Below, one piece after another: positions 42,579 to 44,329 of a stretch of DNA of 44,329 nt (the first letter of the stretch is position 1; each line of letters starts with the position of its first letter). The stretch lies in NCBI GenBank assembly GCA_964642015.1, contig CAZXLF010000009.1, positions 1,435-45,763 of the forward strand, written 5' to 3'. Made by a program: the position numbers and the translations under genes. Source of the stretch: an uncultured Planctomycetia bacterium. GTDB taxonomy: Bacteria; Omnitrophota; Gorgyraeia; 2-02-FULL-51-18. The notes beneath the pieces are model-generated. The model worked only from the letters and a program-made list of their open reading frames with translations. It did not search any database and was not told where the DNA came from.

Positions 42579-44290
42579 CGGCTCGGGCCTTTTCTGCGGC
42601 TTTCTTTGTCGGTAAAGAGGTCTTTATCCGCGTCCTCGATCAGCCGTTGCGGGTCCGGCGGGTAATTCGGATTGACGGAAGGATCGAACGAGGCGATGCC
42701 GATACTGATCGAAGAGTCCTGAAGCGCAGGTTCAAGTTTCGCCGCCATCGCATGATATAGATTTCTTAATCTTTCACGGTAGGCCTTCGCCTCTTCCAGC
42801 GTTGTGTGCCATAAAAGGATCACAAATTCGTCTCCACCGTACCGCGAGACAATATCATAACGCCTGGCGCTTTCTTTGATAACATTTCCGGCGCGCTTGA
42901 TCATTTCATTCCCTACTTCGTGCCCAAGCGTGTCGTTGATCTTCTTGAAACGATCAAGGTCCGTCATCGCGATCGATACGGGCAATTTTGATCTGTGACA
43001 ACGCTTCCATTCTTCTTCAAGGCATTCGCGCAGATATTCGTATTTATAAAGGCCTGTCATCTTGTCATGGATCACCTTCGTTTCAAGCCCCTTATTTTCA
43101 AAAAGAAGCTTTAGCGAATTCGTGATCACGCCTGTACACGCCGCCAAAAAGGGTCCTAGCATCAATATGAACGGCTCCGTCACAAAATCTCTCATGAAAG
43201 CGACCTGCGCCGCCAAGAATAACCCAAAGATCACGATCACTGACGCCAGCATACCAAGCCAAAATCGCCGGATGAGAAATAACGCCAAAACACAGATTGC
43301 CGCCAGCCACGAAATCACAAAAGCCAGCGTATCCGGTACAAAATGCAGAAGTTTATTGGAAAGTACGGCCAAAAATTCATTTGCATGGATCGCGATCCCT
43401 GACATCATGCCGTGAGGCGTCGGGTGGACATCCGCAAATATCGAAGAAGTCTGTCCGACCAAAATAATCTTTCCGCGTACCTCATTATCGGAAAACTTAC
43501 CTTGAATGATCTTCCACGCAGGGATCTCCTTGAAATCCGATTCTGTGGCCAAATAATTGATCGAATAGCTGCCGTCAGACTCTACATACACAGCCCGATG
43601 CGGAGTGCCCACCGTCACGAGTCCGAGATCTTTGTCATAATGAGGGTCGTTCGACCGGGAAGGGCCCGAATACGCGGCTAAAAGCTGAAGCGGAAAAGAG
43701 CTTTCAAAAGAGTCTTTGGAATCCGACGGCACAGAAAGATCGTCCGAAACTCGTTTCATCGAATACGGAACAAGCAGATAGGATCTTCGAATCGAAAAAT
43801 CAGGGTCGACGATCTTTTCAAGATAGCCGTATCTTGAAACCGCGTCGGCGATCAAGGGACTCGGCTTTAAAAGCCGATTCTCGCTGCCGAACGTCGCACC
43901 AATCACCACATTGCCATACTGACGCATCGCGTTCGCCAGATCAAGACTCGAAGCATTATCGTCCCCTTCAAGACCGTTGAACGACACATTCAATCCGATC
44001 GCTTTCGCGCCCGCTTGATCTAACGTTTGGATCATCTGAGCGAAAATTTTTCTGGACCACGGCCATCTGGCGCCTAGTTTTTCACAGGATTCTTCATCGA
44101 TCGAAACAATCAGGATCTGCTGTATCTCATCGGGAGGTGAGGAGGAAAGATGCCGGATCTTAAAAAAAATATCACGTGTCTGAAGCTCTACTTTTTGAAG
44201 CATCTCGGATTGGGCCAGATAGGAAGGGATAACCCAAAACACGGCGGAAAAAATAACAAGGACCGATATCGGGTAGTAGAGTTTTTTCAT
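42575..44290 (-). CDS. CHASE2-GGDEF diguanylate cyclase
   Basis: IVSIDEES...WPWSR, MSGIAIHAN, three TM helices, DLDRFKKIND, RRYD I-site, RYGGDEF. Confidence 0.92.
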   Translation of the reverse strand: MKKLYYPISVLVIFSAVFWVIPSYLAQSEMLQKVELQTRDIFFKIRHLSSSPPDEIQQILIVSIDEESCEKLGARWPWSRKIFAQMIQTLDQAGAKAIGLNVSFNGLEGDDNASSLDLANAMRQYGNVVIGATFGSENRLLKPSPLIADAVSRYGYLEKIVDPDFSIRRSYLLVPYSMKRVSDDLSVPSDSKDSFESSFPLQLLAAYSGPSRSNDPHYDKDLGLVTVGTPHRAVYVESDGSYSINYLATESDFKEIPAWKIIQGKFSDNEVRGKIILVGQTSSIFADVHPTPHGMMSGIAIHANEFLAVLSNKLLHFVPDTLAFVISWLAAICVLALFLIRRFWLGMLASVIVIFGLFLAAQVAFMRDFVTEPFILMLGPFLAACTGVITNSLKLLFENKGLETKVIHDKMTGLYKYEYLRECLEEEWKRCHRSKLPVSIAMTDLDRFKKINDTLGHEVGNEMIKRAGNVIKESARRYDIVSRYGGDEFVILLWHTTLEEAKAYRERLRNLYHAMAAKLEPALQDSSISIGIASFDPSVNPNYPPDPQRLIEDADKDLFTDKESRRKGPSR

Positions 44291-44308
44291 ATCATGGGAT
44301 CGGTGTTA

Positions 44309-44329
44309 TGGTGCGGAAGGAGGGACTCG
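44309..44329 (-). tRNA. 3' end of a tRNA (probably Leu), truncated by window edge
   Basis: Reverse complement CGAGTCCCTCCTTCCGCACCA gives T-loop/T-stem, acceptor strand and CCA; anticodon not visible. Confidence 0.75.

Noticed and set aside
41440-44329. Integrated element at the tmRNA or tRNA 3' end
   Set aside because: No duplicated 3' end and no integrase visible.

Overview
Bacterial chromosomal window, probably PVC superphylum and Omnitrophota-like (inferred from the giant modular gene and the long tmRNA tag). The first 12.4 kb is a single minus-strand reading frame that the ORF track omits because it has no stop in the window. It starts at ATG 12365 and runs off position 1 (at least 4,121 codons). 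By manual translation it encodes, in order: a Sec-type signal peptide, an EreA/ChaN/TIKI-like domain, malate synthase, a mycobacterial ICL2-type isocitrate lyase, a SerA-like 2-hydroxyacid dehydrogenase, a CsrA-like domain, an adenylate kinase-like domain, the start of a ROK-like domain, and nine short unassigned modules. Modules are delimited by 14 copies of GAR[LM][AS] written with different synonymous codons, which suggests an exported, possibly processed metabolic polyprotein. The rest is mostly housekeeping: coaD-yceD-rpmF-plsX-fabH-fabD-fabG-acpP-fabF-fabI, an AsmA-like gene, rdgB, two diguanylate cyclases, a redoxin/heme c/Cu-monooxygenase-like gene, an HspR-like regulator with a CIRCE-preceded triple Hsp20 cluster, amidase-murI-queD-queE, a Ski2-like helicase, pckG-bolA-grxD, two paralogous TPR proteins, a GGQ rescue factor, orn, SPFH, ACT, smpB-tmRNA, and the 3' end of a tRNA at the right edge. 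All family calls come from motif recognition by eye; no searches were run.
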